Shown here: positions 42,565 through 52,959 of the stretch, in pieces | Layout of the letters: each line of letters starts with the position of its first letter | Numbering within the stretch: position 1 is the first letter of the stretch | Assembly (NCBI GenBank): GCA_977020255.1 | Contig: CDROCS010000122.1 | Coordinates: forward strand, 1-64,000 | Source of the DNA: Obrimoposthia wandeli | Taxonomy: Eukaryota | Direction: 5' to 3' | DNA length: 64,000 bases | Made by a program: the position numbers and the translations under genes | The notes under the pieces: generated by a model | The model's database searches: none | Told to the model about the DNA's origin: nothing | Seen by the model: the letters and a program-made list of their open reading frames with translations, nothing else

Positions 42565-42656
42565 TATCGTTCCGTTTAAAAATCACAGCGCGATTATACC
42601 GTGATCCGAGGTTATACTCTACGGTAAATACCACACCTAATAAGAGAAAATAGTCA

Positions 42657-43421
42657 GTGAATCTTCATTATCGTGTTGAAGGCCAAGGAAAGGCGATCGT
42701 TTTGATCCATGGTTTGTTCGGAAGTTTAGATAATCTTGGGTTACTCGCTAGATCATTGAAAGATAATTCTAAAGTGATCAGTGTTGATCTTCGAAATCAT
42801 GGTAAGTCTGCGCATACCGACACATTCACTTATCAAGATATGGCCAATGATGTACTTGCCGTTATTGATGAATTGAATATTGAGCAATTTTCAGTTATTG
42901 GTCACTCTATGGGTGGAAAAGTAGCCATGGCGCTCAGTGAAGTAGCAACGACACGTCTTGACCATTTAGTGATTCTTGATATGGCCCCAGTTCACTATCA
43001 CGTTCATCGTCATGAAAATGTATTTGCAGGTCTACGAGAAGTGGCTAAGCATACCGTTTATAAACGAAGTGAAGCCGACGTTTACCTCGCTAAGCATGTA
43101 CTCGAACCAGGCGTTCGTCAGTTTTTATTAAAGTCATTTGCGAAAGATGGCGATAACTATAATTGGCGATTTAATGTAGAAGGATTAATTGCAAATTACG
43201 CTACAATCATGGGCTGGAATGATGTATTACCTTTTGTTGGAAAAACATTATTCATAAAAGGGCAAGAATCAGAATACATATTGCCTGAGCATCGTGAAAA
43301 AATAGCTCTACAGTTTCCCCACGCTAAGGCACACATGGTCGCAAACACGGGTCACTGGCTACATGCAGAAAAACCTGAAACTGTAAATCGTATTATTCTC
43401 AGCTTTTTGCAGCACCCTTAA
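42657..43421 (+). CDS. ybfF: Esterase YbfF (alpha/beta hydrolase)
   Basis: HGLFGSLDN, GHSMGGK, GHWLHAEKP; divergent from seqA. Confidence 0.9.
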   Translation: MNLHYRVEGQGKAIVLIHGLFGSLDNLGLLARSLKDNSKVISVDLRNHGKSAHTDTFTYQDMANDVLAVIDELNIEQFSVIGHSMGGKVAMALSEVATTRLDHLVILDMAPVHYHVHRHENVFAGLREVAKHTVYKRSEADVYLAKHVLEPGVRQFLLKSFAKDGDNYNWRFNVEGLIANYATIMGWNDVLPFVGKTLFIKGQESEYILPEHREKIALQFPHAKAHMVANTGHWLHAEKPETVNRIILSFLQHP

Positions 43422-43484
43422 CATTAACAGTGAGCGTCTGTCGTGATATAGTGCGCGCGTAGTTCGATTGTTGTAAGGGATGAT

Positions 43485-43706
43485 ATGTTATACGAGTACA
43501 TGGACTTACTTGAATCTATCGGGCTAGATTTGCTTTTTGCTTCAATATTTTTCTTTATTGGCATGGCGATTAAAGACGTATTAAAGCAAGGTAATGTTCC
43601 TCCTTTTGGTCGTAAGATCGTTTGGATGGTACTATTTTTAGGATGTGCCGGCTTTATCACTAAAGGTCTGATTCAGATCAGCTGGGAAGGCGTAGGTCTA
43701 GGCTAA
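43485..43706 (+). CDS. DUF2788-family small membrane protein
   Basis: FIGMAIKDVLKQGNVP.FGR..VW.VLFLG. Confidence 0.75.
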   Translation: MLYEYMDLLESIGLDLLFASIFFFIGMAIKDVLKQGNVPPFGRKIVWMVLFLGCAGFITKGLIQISWEGVGLG

Positions 43707-43870
43707 ATTTCAATAACTTGATGCATTCAACATACATCGAGTTATGCTCATTATTATGAGCACATGATGATCTAACGATTATCACTAAACATTTCGGGTT
43801 TAATCCTGATCTAATTTATGTAAACCGTTAACGATAACGGTCAACAACTAATAAATGGGTAATCTCTACT

Positions 43871-44398
43871 ATGGCGAGTGTTGGACTCTTCTTTGGTAGC
43901 GACACAGGCAATACCGAAGCTGTCGCGAAAATGATTCAAAAACAACTAGGCAAAAACTTAGTTGAAGTAAAAGATATCGCTAAAAGCAGCAAAGAAGATA
44001 TTGATAATTTTGATCTGCTGCTTCTAGGTATCCCTACTTGGTACTATGGTGAAGCACAGTGTGATTGGGATGATTTCTTCCCTGAACTAGAGAATATAGA
44101 CTTCTCTACAAAGCTTGTTGCTATCTTTGGTTGTGGTGACCAAGAAGATTACGCAGAATATTTCTGTGATGCGATGGGCACTGTACGTGACATCGTGGAA
44201 GGACGTGGCGCAACAATTGTGGGGCATTTTTCTACAGAAGGCTTTGAATTCGAAGCATCTAAAGCACTTGTTGATGACAACAACTTTGTTGGTTTATGTG
44301 TTGACGAAGACCGTCAACCAGAATTAACTGACGAACGTGTTGCAAAATGGGTTAAGCAAATTTTTGAAGAAATGTGTCTTGCTGAATTAGCAGACTAA
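43871..44398 (+). CDS. fldA: Flavodoxin 1
   Basis: GSDTGNTE, GIPTWYYGE, GCGDQEDYAEYF. Confidence 0.97.
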   Translation: MASVGLFFGSDTGNTEAVAKMIQKQLGKNLVEVKDIAKSSKEDIDNFDLLLLGIPTWYYGEAQCDWDDFFPELENIDFSTKLVAIFGCGDQEDYAEYFCDAMGTVRDIVEGRGATIVGHFSTEGFEFEASKALVDDNNFVGLCVDEDRQPELTDERVAKWVKQIFEEMCLAELAD

Positions 44399-44416
44399 TC
44401 AATTTGCTCTCATGTT

Positions 44417-44445
44417 AAAAACGCGCTTTTAGAGCGCGTTTTTTT
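44417..44445. terminator. Bidirectional terminator between fldA and the DUF4442 gene
   Basis: AAAAACGCGCT-TTTAG-AGCGCGTTTTTTT. Confidence 0.85.
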
Positions 44446-44471
44446 ATACCTCTACTTTATACTGCTTCGCT

Positions 44472-44990
44472 TTACACTTCAGTCCTCACCTCTTCCAAAG
44501 AATGATTGCCATCATCACTTTCTTTCGGGCGATATTTAGGCTTTTTTCGTATATACAATACTCGCCTAACTGTAGAGACAACTTCACCTTTGTCGTTATG
44601 CACATTAACAACAAACTCGGGAAAATATTTATCACCGTTAGATGTAGAGTGTTTAATATTTTTCACACAATCATCAGAAATAATGAAATCAGCCGTTAAA
44701 TCAGAATCCCCAGGTTTTAAGAAATTAATATCAGCCTGTTTATCCCAAACAAAATACTCTTTCCCTAATATCCCCATTAACATCAGGGCATAAACGGGAT
44801 CTGTCAGTGAAAAAATACTCCCACCATATTGGGTGCGATTAGCATTCTTATTCCACCATCTTAGCTTCAGCTTAATTTTCACACAGCGAAAATCGTCACT
44901 AATATGGACAATTCGAATGCCAGCCCCCCAAAATGGGGGCCAAATATTCAATGCAGATCTCACAATTCGGGGCGTATAATACTTAAACAC
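44472..44990 (-). CDS. DUF4442 / hotdog-fold (PaaI-like thioesterase) protein
   Basis: N.WPPFWGAGI, N..N..QYGGS.FS.TDP.Y, VWDK.A.I.F.KPG. Confidence 0.82.
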   Translation of the reverse strand: MFKYYTPRIVRSALNIWPPFWGAGIRIVHISDDFRCVKIKLKLRWWNKNANRTQYGGSIFSLTDPVYALMLMGILGKEYFVWDKQADINFLKPGDSDLTADFIISDDCVKNIKHSTSNGDKYFPEFVVNVHNDKGEVVSTVRRVLYIRKKPKYRPKESDDGNHSLEEVRTEV

Positions 44991-45186
44991 AGTCTTAATC
45001 CTTATTGACTGGTATGATGAGTCATTCTATACATTTTTTTAACATTTTTACAAACTAAAGAAAATGTACATAACTCATCGATTCATTGTCGTTTAAGGTT
45101 TATTGTTGCCTAATCGTCACATATAATGAACAGATATGGGGAAAGACTACTGCATTTTATTTGCAGATAGCCAATAGGAAACTCAG

Positions 45187-45633
45187 ATGTCAGATAATAA
45201 TCACGCACTTAAGCAAGCAGGCCTAAAAGTCACACTTCCTCGTTTAAAAATTTTGGAAGTATTGCAACAACCTGATTGTCAACATATCAGTGCGGAAGAC
45301 TTGTATAAGAAATTGATCGATATCGGTGAAGAAATTGGTCTTGCTACTGTTTACCGTGTACTAAACCAATTTGATGATGCTGGCATTGTTACACGCCATC
45401 ATTTTGAGGGTGGTAAATCTGTTTTCGAATTAGCAACTCAACATCACCACGATCACTTGGTTTGTCTTGATTGTGGCAAAGTTATCGAATTTTCTGATGA
45501 CATCATTGAAGAACGTCAAAAAGCAATTGCGTCTAGCTTTAATGTTCGCTTAACAAATCACAGTCTATACCTTTATGGTCACTGTATTGAAGGTGATTGT
45601 AATACAGACCCAAGCCTCCACAACAGAAAGTAA
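45187..45633 (+). CDS. fur: Ferric uptake regulator
   Basis: GLKVTLPRLKIL, GLATVYRVL, HHHDHLVCLDCG. Confidence 0.98.
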   Translation: MSDNNHALKQAGLKVTLPRLKILEVLQQPDCQHISAEDLYKKLIDIGEEIGLATVYRVLNQFDDAGIVTRHHFEGGKSVFELATQHHHDHLVCLDCGKVIEFSDDIIEERQKAIASSFNVRLTNHSLYLYGHCIEGDCNTDPSLHNRK

Positions 45634-45678
45634 GTATTAAAGCAGAAATGCATTCTTTTGCTAATACTAAGTAAAAAT

Positions 45679-45707
45679 AAAAAAACCAGCCAAATGGCTG
45701 GTTTTTT
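45679..45707. terminator. Bidirectional terminator between fur and glnS
   Basis: AAAAAAACCAGCC-AAAT-GGCTGGTTTTTT. Confidence 0.88.
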
Positions 45708-45750
45708 ATTAGACAAATAAAGCCAACTTTTCAATCAGCTTTATTGATGA

Positions 45751-47415
45751 TTAATCACCAATTTTTGCCCATGTATCACGTAAGCCTACTGTACGGTTAA
45801 ATACCAGTTTCTCTGCTGCAGAGTCTTTGCTATCAATACAGAAGTAGCCTATACGTTCAAACTGAAATGCTTTTTCAGCTTCTGCCACTTTCAAGCTTGG
45901 CTCCACAAAACCATTCAGTACCGTTAACGATTCAGGGTTAATCACAGTTACGAAATCATCTGCTGCTGCTGGGTTAGCAACCGTAAATAGGCGATCGTAA
46001 AGACGAATCTCTGCAGGCAAACCAGCATCTGCAGATACCCAATGAATAACACCTTTCACTTTACGACCATCAGATGGGTTAACACCTAATGTTTCATTAT
46101 CGTAAGAACAGAAAATGGTTGTAATATTACCTTCCGCATCTTTTTCGATACGTTCAGCTTTAATTACATAAGCGCCACGTAAACGCACTTCTTTACCCAA
46201 CACTAAACGCTTGTATTTCTTATTCGCTTCTTCGCGGAAATCTTCACGTTCAATCCAAATTTCACGAGTAAACGGAACTTCTCGCGTACCCATTTCTGAG
46301 TTGTTTGGGTGATTACTTACTGTTAATACTTCAACATCGCCAGTAAAGTTTTCTATCACAACTTTAACAGGATCAAGAACAGCCATTGCACGTGGTGCAT
46401 TCTCATTCAAATCATCACGAATACATGATTCTAGTGAACTCATTTCGATGGTGTTTTCTTGCTTAGTAACACCAATACGTTTACAGAATTCACGGATAGA
46501 TGCAGACGTAAAGCCACGACGGCGTAAACCAGAAACAGTTGGCATACGTGGATCGTCCCAACCAGACACCAAATTCTCAGTGACTAATTGGTTAAGCTTA
46601 CGCTTAGACATTACCGTATATTCAAGATTTAAGCGGCTAAACTCGTACTGACGAGGTTGGCAATCAATCGTAATATTATCCAAAACCCAATCGTATAAGC
46701 GACGGTTATCTTGGAATTCAAGCGTACAAATCGAGTGCGTAATACCTTCTAGTGCATCAGAAATACAGTGTGTGAAGTCATACATCGGGTAGATACACCA
46801 CTTATCACCTGTTTGGTGATGAGTCGCGAAGCGAACACGATAAATAACAGGATCACGCAACACCATAAATGATGAAGCCATATCAATCTTAGCGCGAAGA
46901 GACATAACGCCTTCTTCAACTTCACCGTTCTTCATTTTCTCGAACAGTTCAAGGTTTTCAGCAACGCTACGATCACGGTATGGGCTTGGTTTACCAGCTT
47001 CTGTTAAGTTGCCACGGTATTCACGCATTTGCTCAGGACTTAGCTCATCAACATACGCTAAGCCTTTATTAATTAATTCAACTGCAAACCCGTATAGCTT
47101 ATCGAAATAGTTTGATGAATAACAAATCTCACCGCTCCAATCAAAGCCCAACCAGTTAACATCGTTCTTAATAGACTCAACGTATTCGATGTCTTCTTTT
47201 TCAGGGTTTGTATCGTCAAAACGTAAATTACATTGACCCTGATAGTCCTGAGCAATACCGAAGTTCAAACAAATAGATTTAGCATGGCCGATATGTAGGT
47301 AACCATTAGGCTCCGGCGGGAATCGGGTATGTACGCTTTTATGTTTGCCACTATCTAAATCCGCATCAATAATTTGGCGGATAAAGTTAGTTGGACGAGC
47401 TTCAGATTCACTCAT
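45751..47415 (-). CDS. glnS: Glutamine--tRNA ligase
   Basis: [23 protein letters not shown]; ATG at 47415 follows GAGG. Confidence 0.98.
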   Translation of the reverse strand: MSESEARPTNFIRQIIDADLDSGKHKSVHTRFPPEPNGYLHIGHAKSICLNFGIAQDYQGQCNLRFDDTNPEKEDIEYVESIKNDVNWLGFDWSGEICYSSNYFDKLYGFAVELINKGLAYVDELSPEQMREYRGNLTEAGKPSPYRDRSVAENLELFEKMKNGEVEEGVMSLRAKIDMASSFMVLRDPVIYRVRFATHHQTGDKWCIYPMYDFTHCISDALEGITHSICTLEFQDNRRLYDWVLDNITIDCQPRQYEFSRLNLEYTVMSKRKLNQLVTENLVSGWDDPRMPTVSGLRRRGFTSASIREFCKRIGVTKQENTIEMSSLESCIRDDLNENAPRAMAVLDPVKVVIENFTGDVEVLTVSNHPNNSEMGTREVPFTREIWIEREDFREEANKKYKRLVLGKEVRLRGAYVIKAERIEKDAEGNITTIFCSYDNETLGVNPSDGRKVKGVIHWVSADAGLPAEIRLYDRLFTVANPAAADDFVTVINPESLTVLNGFVEPSLKVAEAEKAFQFERIGYFCIDSKDSAAEKLVFNRTVGLRDTWAKIGD

Positions 47416-47515
47416 CAATTACACCTCGTGTGCTTACAGGATTTTAGAACTGACTATGATCCATAAATATGGGTCACGACTCAACAATTAGTATGCTTTG
47501 TTGACCAATATATAT

Positions 47516-47640
47516 AAAAAAACCCGCAGAAGCGGGGTAAATAGAACTATTACATTCTTTATGACCCTAAATGAGGGTCAAAACAACAACATTCCAATCA
47601 GAAATTCACATGGAGGATGAATTACCGAATCCTTAAATCT
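47516..47640 (-). ncRNA. Candidate small RNA between nagE and glnS (5' end uncertain)
   Basis: Lies downstream of the nagE terminator and ends in its own CCCCGC-TTCT-GCGGG-T7 terminator; internal hairpin, GU-rich tract, CCUCC motif. Confidence 0.5.
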
Positions 47641-47729
47641 GACAATCTAAGGTACGAAACTACAACAGCAGCTTCTTAATAAGCTCTGGGGAGAGCTTAT
47701 TAAGAAACAGGCGAGAAGACACTCAAAAG

Positions 47730-47767
47730 AACGGTCTCCTATTCTCTTAGAGAATGGGGAGACCGTT
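47730..47767 (-). terminator. Probable terminator of nagE
   Basis: AACGGTCTCCCCATTCTC-TAA-GAGAATAGGAGACCGTT followed by CTTTT on the minus strand. Confidence 0.7.
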
Positions 47768-47813
47768 TAATTTAAAAATAAAGCTTTGTTACGTTACTTA
47801 AGAGTTTAAGTAA

Positions 47814-49304
47814 TTAAGGCAATTTTACAGCAGATAGGTCTTCTGAAGCTGGGATACGTTTCATTTCACCAGCAACGATTTCAGCAAGAGGACCAAGGAT
47901 AACCTGTAGGTTGTTTGAACCTAATTTAACCACACCCATTGCACCTAGCGCTTTTAGTGTCTTTTCATTAGCAAGACTGCTGTCTTTCAATGTTAGACGT
48001 AGACGCGTGATACATGCATCGATGTTTTCAAGGTTACCGTGACCGCCAAGAGCTTTAAGGTACTGCTTAGCAAGCTCACCCGTTTCTTTTGAACCAGTCA
48101 CACCGCTCTCTTCTACATCGTCATCTTCACGACCAGGCGTCTTAAGGTTGAACTTAACGATAACTGTACGGAAGATTGCGTAGTAAAGACCGAAGAATAC
48201 AAAACCTTGAACAACAAGCATGTACCAGTTCGTTGCTAGTGGGTTACGTGACTGTAGAACCATATCGACAAGACCTGCCGAGAAGCCGAAGCCTGAAACC
48301 CAGTGCATTGAAGCGGCGATATAAACAGACAGACCTGTTAATGCTGCGTGTACTACATATAGACCTGGTGCTAGGAACATGAATGCAAATTCTAGCGGCT
48401 CAGTAACACCGGTAAAGAATGATGCGAAACCAGCAGCAATCATAATCGATGCTACTTTTTCTTTGTTCTTCGCTTTAGATGTGTGGTACATCGCAAGTGC
48501 AGCACCAGGTAGACCAAACATCATGATTGGGAAGAAACCACCCATGTACATACCCGTAACACCTGGAATAGCAACACCTGAATCAATAGATGCCTGACCA
48601 CCAAGGAAGTTAGGTAGGTCATTAATACCAGCAACGTCAAACCAGAATACTGAGTTTAATGCGTGGTGTAGACCAACAGGGATTAGTAGACGGTTGAAGA
48701 ATGCATAGATACCGGCACCCACTTCACCCATACCTTGGATGCCTTCACCAAAGTGCACTAAGCCGCCGTACACTGTTGGCCAAACGTACATAAGTACAAA
48801 GGCAATAAAGATACCAGCAATAGACGTTAGAATAGGTACTAAACGTTTGCCAGAGAAGAACGCGAGTGCTTTATGTAGCTCTACAGTATAATAACGGTTG
48901 TAAATTTCTGCAGATATGATACCTACAAGGATACCAACAAATTGGTTTTCAATTTTACCAAATGCAGCAGGAACTGCGCTTGGGTCGATACCTTGAATTT
49001 GTGCAACTGCGCCAGGTGCTAGAAGCGTTGTAACAACTAGGTAACCAACGAAGCCAGAAAGTGCTGCTGCACCGTCTTTGTCTTTCGACATACCGTACGC
49101 AACACCAACGGCGAATAGTACAGACATGTTATCGATGATTGCAGCACCAGATTTAATCAAAAAAGCCGCAAGTGCACTGTTCGCACCCCAGCCATTTGGA
49201 TCAATCCAGTAACCAATACCCATTAAAATTGCAGCAGCTGGTAGCGTTGCTACCGGCACCATTAGTGCTTTACCTACTTTTTGAAAATATCCAAGAATAT
49301 TCAC
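47814..49304 (-). CDS. nagE: PTS N-acetylglucosamine-specific EIICB
   Basis: GLHHALN, GVTEPLEF, TPGRE linker, DACITRLR EIIB Cys; no EIIA domain. Confidence 0.95.
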   Translation of the reverse strand: MNILGYFQKVGKALMVPVATLPAAAILMGIGYWIDPNGWGANSALAAFLIKSGAAIIDNMSVLFAVGVAYGMSKDKDGAAALSGFVGYLVVTTLLAPGAVAQIQGIDPSAVPAAFGKIENQFVGILVGIISAEIYNRYYTVELHKALAFFSGKRLVPILTSIAGIFIAFVLMYVWPTVYGGLVHFGEGIQGMGEVGAGIYAFFNRLLIPVGLHHALNSVFWFDVAGINDLPNFLGGQASIDSGVAIPGVTGMYMGGFFPIMMFGLPGAALAMYHTSKAKNKEKVASIMIAAGFASFFTGVTEPLEFAFMFLAPGLYVVHAALTGLSVYIAASMHWVSGFGFSAGLVDMVLQSRNPLATNWYMLVVQGFVFFGLYYAIFRTVIVKFNLKTPGREDDDVEESGVTGSKETGELAKQYLKALGGHGNLENIDACITRLRLTLKDSSLANEKTLKALGAMGVVKLGSNNLQVILGPLAEIVAGEMKRIPASEDLSAVKLP

Positions 49305-49389
49305 CCTTAGTTCCCCCTATGGCTTTCTTAGAATTTGAAATGGACAACTTTTTTTCGTTATCCGATTAAGTCCTTTGCAGTTTATGAAA

Positions 49390-49412
49390 TTAATTTCGCT
49401 CCGCAAATTAAA
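49390..49412. promoter_or_regulatory. NagC operator (nagE-proximal)
   Basis: Reverse strand TTTAATTTGCGGAGCGAAATTAA resembles the E. coli nagE-nagB NagC operators. Confidence 0.75.
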
Positions 49413-49420
49413 AGGTCACC

Positions 49421-49442
49421 ATTTGTGATCTCAATCACCTGA
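49421..49442. promoter_or_regulatory. cAMP-CRP site
   Basis: TGTGA-TCTCAA-TCACC, between the two NagC boxes. Confidence 0.8.
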
Positions 49443-49483
49443 ACAGCCAAGATCTAAGCGAATTTGCTAGCCCGATCATAAAA

Positions 49484-49506
49484 ATTATTTTATGATTCGA
49501 AACAAA
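49484..49506. promoter_or_regulatory. NagC operator (nagB-proximal)
   Basis: ATTATTTTATGATTCGAAACAAA resembles the second E. coli NagC operator. Confidence 0.7.
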
Positions 49507-49560
49507 GGCGATATATCGGTAAGATTTTTTTGATTTAACTATTTTCAATGAGGTGTCACG

Positions 49561-50361
49561 GTGAGATTAATACCACTTAATAACGCTAAAGAAGTAGGCT
49601 TATGGTCAGCACGCTATATATCTGATTGTATTAATAAATTTCACCCTACAGCAGACAAACCGTTTATTTTGGGCTTACCTACAGGGGGAACTCCCCTCAC
49701 AACTTATAAGCGTCTTATTGAACTTTATGAAACTGGTGAAGTAAGTTTTAAGCATGTCGTGACATTTAACATGGATGAATACATTGGCATTACTGCCGAT
49801 CATCCTGAATCTTACCGTAGTTTCATGTATAACAACTTTTTCAATCACATTGATATTAAAGAAGAAAACATCAATCTTCTTAATGGTAACGCAGATGATG
49901 TAGATGCAGAATGCCAACGTTACGAGGCTAAAATTAAATCGTACGGGCGAATTAATTTATTCATGGGCGGTGTCGGTAACGATGGTCATATTGCATTTAA
50001 TGAGCCCGCGTCTTCATTAGCATCTCGCACTCGGATCAAAACATTAACGCAAGATACCCGTATCGCGAATTCTCGCTTCTTCGATAACGATATAAATCAA
50101 GTACCTAAATATGCGTTAACCATCGGTGTAGGTACCCTACTTGATTCAGCAGAAATCATGATTTTAGTGACCGGCCACACTAAAGCATTGGCATTAGAAG
50201 CCGCTGTCGAAGGTAACGTCAACCATCTATGGACAGTATCAGCGCTTCAGCTACACCCTAAAGCATTGATTGTTTGTGATGAGCCAGCAACACAAGAATT
50301 GAAAGTAAAAACAGTTAAGTACTTCCAAGAGTTAGAAACTCAAAATATTAAAAACCTTTAA
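49561..50361 (+). CDS. nagB: Glucosamine-6-phosphate deaminase
   Basis: [27 protein letters not shown]. Confidence 0.97.
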   Translation: MRLIPLNNAKEVGLWSARYISDCINKFHPTADKPFILGLPTGGTPLTTYKRLIELYETGEVSFKHVVTFNMDEYIGITADHPESYRSFMYNNFFNHIDIKEENINLLNGNADDVDAECQRYEAKIKSYGRINLFMGGVGNDGHIAFNEPASSLASRTRIKTLTQDTRIANSRFFDNDINQVPKYALTIGVGTLLDSAEIMILVTGHTKALALEAAVEGNVNHLWTVSALQLHPKALIVCDEPATQELKVKTVKYFQELETQNIKNL

Positions 50362-50377
50362 CAAAAAGGACAAGTTC

Positions 50378-51514
50378 ATGTACGCGCTTACCAATTGTCG
50401 CATTTTTACCGGTAGCGATGTGCTGAATAGCCACGCCGTCATCATTGACGGCGTGAGCATTCACGCTGTTTGCCCAGTAACAGAATTACCAGAAAATATT
50501 GAACTCGTTAATTTAGACGGTGCTAACCTAACACCTGGTTTTATTGACCTACAACTTAACGGTTGTGGTGGTGTAATGCTTAATGATGAAATTAATGCAG
50601 AAACAATTCACACCATGCACCGCGCTAACCTTAAATCAGGTTGTACGAGCTTCTTACCTACGTTAATCACATCTTCTGATGACGATATGAAAGCTGCCAT
50701 TGCAGCGACACGTGATTATCAAAATCAATACGAAAATCATTCTTTAGGTCTTCACCTTGAAGGGCCATATCTGAATGTAATGAAAAAAGGCATTCATTCT
50801 GTTGAACATATCCGTCGCTCTGACAATGCAATGATTTCAACAATTTGTGAAAATGCCGATATTGTTACAAAAGTAACGTTAGCACCAGAAAAAAATGCAC
50901 AAGAGCATATTGAACAACTTGTTGAAGCGGGTGTTGTCGTTTCAGCTGGCCATACAAATGCAACGTATGTAGAAGCCCGAAAAGGCTTTGCTGCTGGCAT
51001 TAGTTTTGCCACACACCTGTTTAATGCAATGACACCAATCGCGGGGCGTGAGCCTGGTATGGTTGGGGCAATCTACGACACACCTGACGTATATACCGGT
51101 GTAATCGCAGACGGTTTTCATGTCGATTATGCGAACATCCGTATGGCACATCGCATGAAAGGTGAGAAGCTTGTTTTAGTTACTGATGCAACTGCACCCG
51201 CAGGAGCAGACATGGATCACTTTATTTTCGTCGGTAAGAAAGTATATTACCGTGATGGCAAGTGTATTGATGAGAATGGTACACTTGGAGGTTCGGCATT
51301 AACCATGATTGAAGCGGTTAGAAACAGTGTCGAACACGCAGGTATCGCTCTGGATGAAGTGATTCGTATGGCTACCCTCTATCCTGCACGTGCTATTCGT
51401 GTCGATAATAAGCTGGGGGCTATCAAAAAAGGCATGGTTGCTAACTTTGCTATTTTTGATCGCGATTACAACGTTCGAGCGACTGTTGTTAACGGTGAAT
51501 ACGAGCAGAACTAA
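50378..51514 (+). CDS. nagA: N-acetylglucosamine-6-phosphate deacetylase
   Basis: [29 protein letters not shown]. Confidence 0.97.
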   Translation: MYALTNCRIFTGSDVLNSHAVIIDGVSIHAVCPVTELPENIELVNLDGANLTPGFIDLQLNGCGGVMLNDEINAETIHTMHRANLKSGCTSFLPTLITSSDDDMKAAIAATRDYQNQYENHSLGLHLEGPYLNVMKKGIHSVEHIRRSDNAMISTICENADIVTKVTLAPEKNAQEHIEQLVEAGVVVSAGHTNATYVEARKGFAAGISFATHLFNAMTPIAGREPGMVGAIYDTPDVYTGVIADGFHVDYANIRMAHRMKGEKLVLVTDATAPAGADMDHFIFVGKKVYYRDGKCIDENGTLGGSALTMIEAVRNSVEHAGIALDEVIRMATLYPARAIRVDNKLGAIKKGMVANFAIFDRDYNVRATVVNGEYEQN

Positions 51515-51517
51515 AAT

Positions 51518-52732
51518 ATGACAGGCGGACAAATTGGTAATGTAGATCTGGTTAAACAGCTTAACAGTGCAGCTGTTTACAGATTAATAGACTTGCAAGG
51601 CCCTATATCACGGATTCAGGTTGCAGACGTGAGTCATCTTGCGCCTGCAAGTGTTACTAAGATTACCCGCCAGTTGCTTGAGCGCGGCTTAATAAAAGAG
51701 GTCGCGCAACAAGCCTCTACCGGTGGTAGACGTGCTATTTCGCTGACAACTGAGTCAGCCGCTTTCCACTCCATTGCTATTCGCCTTGGACGAAATTATA
51801 TCGAAATTACGCTCTATGATCTGAGTGGTAAACATATTGCTAGTGTTGCACATAATTTCTATTACACCACCCAGCAAGAACTGACTGATGGATTATTAAG
51901 CCATATTCGTCGCTTTATTTCTGGTAATCAGGGCGTAATAAAAGAACTGGTTGCTTTTGGTATTACACTGCCTGGGTTAATTGACCCTGAAAAAGGCATT
52001 GTGGAATACATGCCGCACATTGATGTAGATAACTTCCCATTAGCAGATACAATCAAAGACAACTTTGGTGTTATTTGTTTTGTTGGTAATGATATCAGAG
52101 GCTTAGCACTTGCTGAGCATTACTTCGGTTCAAGTAAAGACTGTAAAGATTCAATCCTTGTCAGCATGCATCATGGTACCGGTGCTGGTATTATCGTTAA
52201 TGGTCAGGTATTCCTTGGATTTAACCGCAACGTTGGTGAAATTGGGCATATTCAAATCGACCCTCTTGGTGATAAATGTCAGTGTGGTAACTTTGGTTGC
52301 TTAGAAACGGTTGCTGCTGACCCTGCAGTTGTTACACACGTTCAACAACTTCTAGATCAAGGCTACCCGAGTAGCTTACAAGAGTTAGATGGCATCACGA
52401 TGCTGTCAATTTGTGAAGCGGCCAATAATGGTGACGAACTCGCCAGTCAGGCATTAATTAAAGTGGGTAATCAGCTAGGTAAAGCCTTAGCGATGACAAT
52501 CAACTTATTCAATCCTCAAAAAATCTTAATTGCGGGTAATATTACTCAAGCAAAAGAAGTGGTTTTCCCTGCAATTCGACGTTGCGTTGAAACTCAATCA
52601 CTCTCCACATTCCACAAAGACCTACCCATCGTTGCATCAGAACTCTACCATCAGCCGACCATCGGTGCTTTCTCAATGATTAAGCGTGCTATGCTAAATG
52701 GTGTACTCCTACAACTACTATTAGAAGACTGA
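51518..52732 (+). CDS. nagC: ROK-family repressor NagC
   Basis: N-terminal HTH, GEIGHI...G..CQCGN.GCLE. Confidence 0.96.
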   Translation: MTGGQIGNVDLVKQLNSAAVYRLIDLQGPISRIQVADVSHLAPASVTKITRQLLERGLIKEVAQQASTGGRRAISLTTESAAFHSIAIRLGRNYIEITLYDLSGKHIASVAHNFYYTTQQELTDGLLSHIRRFISGNQGVIKELVAFGITLPGLIDPEKGIVEYMPHIDVDNFPLADTIKDNFGVICFVGNDIRGLALAEHYFGSSKDCKDSILVSMHHGTGAGIIVNGQVFLGFNRNVGEIGHIQIDPLGDKCQCGNFGCLETVAADPAVVTHVQQLLDQGYPSSLQELDGITMLSICEAANNGDELASQALIKVGNQLGKALAMTINLFNPQKILIAGNITQAKEVVFPAIRRCVETQSLSTFHKDLPIVASELYHQPTIGAFSMIKRAMLNGVLLQLLLED

Positions 52733-52792
52733 TAGTGGTCGTAAATTAACACCAGCTCAATATAGCTAATTAATTTGTAACCGTTTATTTTT

Positions 52793-52823
52793 AAGGGGGA
52801 GTGTCAGACAGACACTCCCCCTT
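52793..52823. terminator. Hairpin downstream of nagC (weak U-tract)
   Basis: AAGGGGGAGTGTC-AGACA-GACACTCCCCCTT. Confidence 0.55.
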
Positions 52824-52888
52824 ATGCTATATTACGCGCAAAATATCAGCTGAAGCTTAATTAAATATTATATTGATGATGTTAAAAC

Positions 52889-52959
52889 TATACCCAAGTC
52901 ACCTCAAAATGCAGGATTCAGTGTTACCTCAACGAGCACCTTGAGGTAACTTGAGTATA
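52889..52959. mobile_element. MITE-like intergenic repeat, copy 2
   Basis: TATACCCAAGTCACCTCAAAATGC...GCACCTTGAGGTAACTTGAGTATA imperfect terminal inverted repeats; homologous to 19210-19283. Confidence 0.8.

Noticed and set aside
47562-47580. TGACCCT...AGGGTCA hairpin resembling the 5' stem of Qrr sRNAs
   Set aside because: The Qrr core CCTAGCCAACTGACGTTGTTAGTG is absent and there is no sigma54 GG-N10-GC promoter upstream, so this is not a Qrr.
47617-47679. Plus-strand 20-aa ORF MNYRILKSDNLRYETTTAAS preceded by GGAGG
   Set aside because: GGAGG abuts the ATG with zero spacing, and no plus-strand promoter or terminator is evident. The motif is better explained as an anti-SD on the minus strand.
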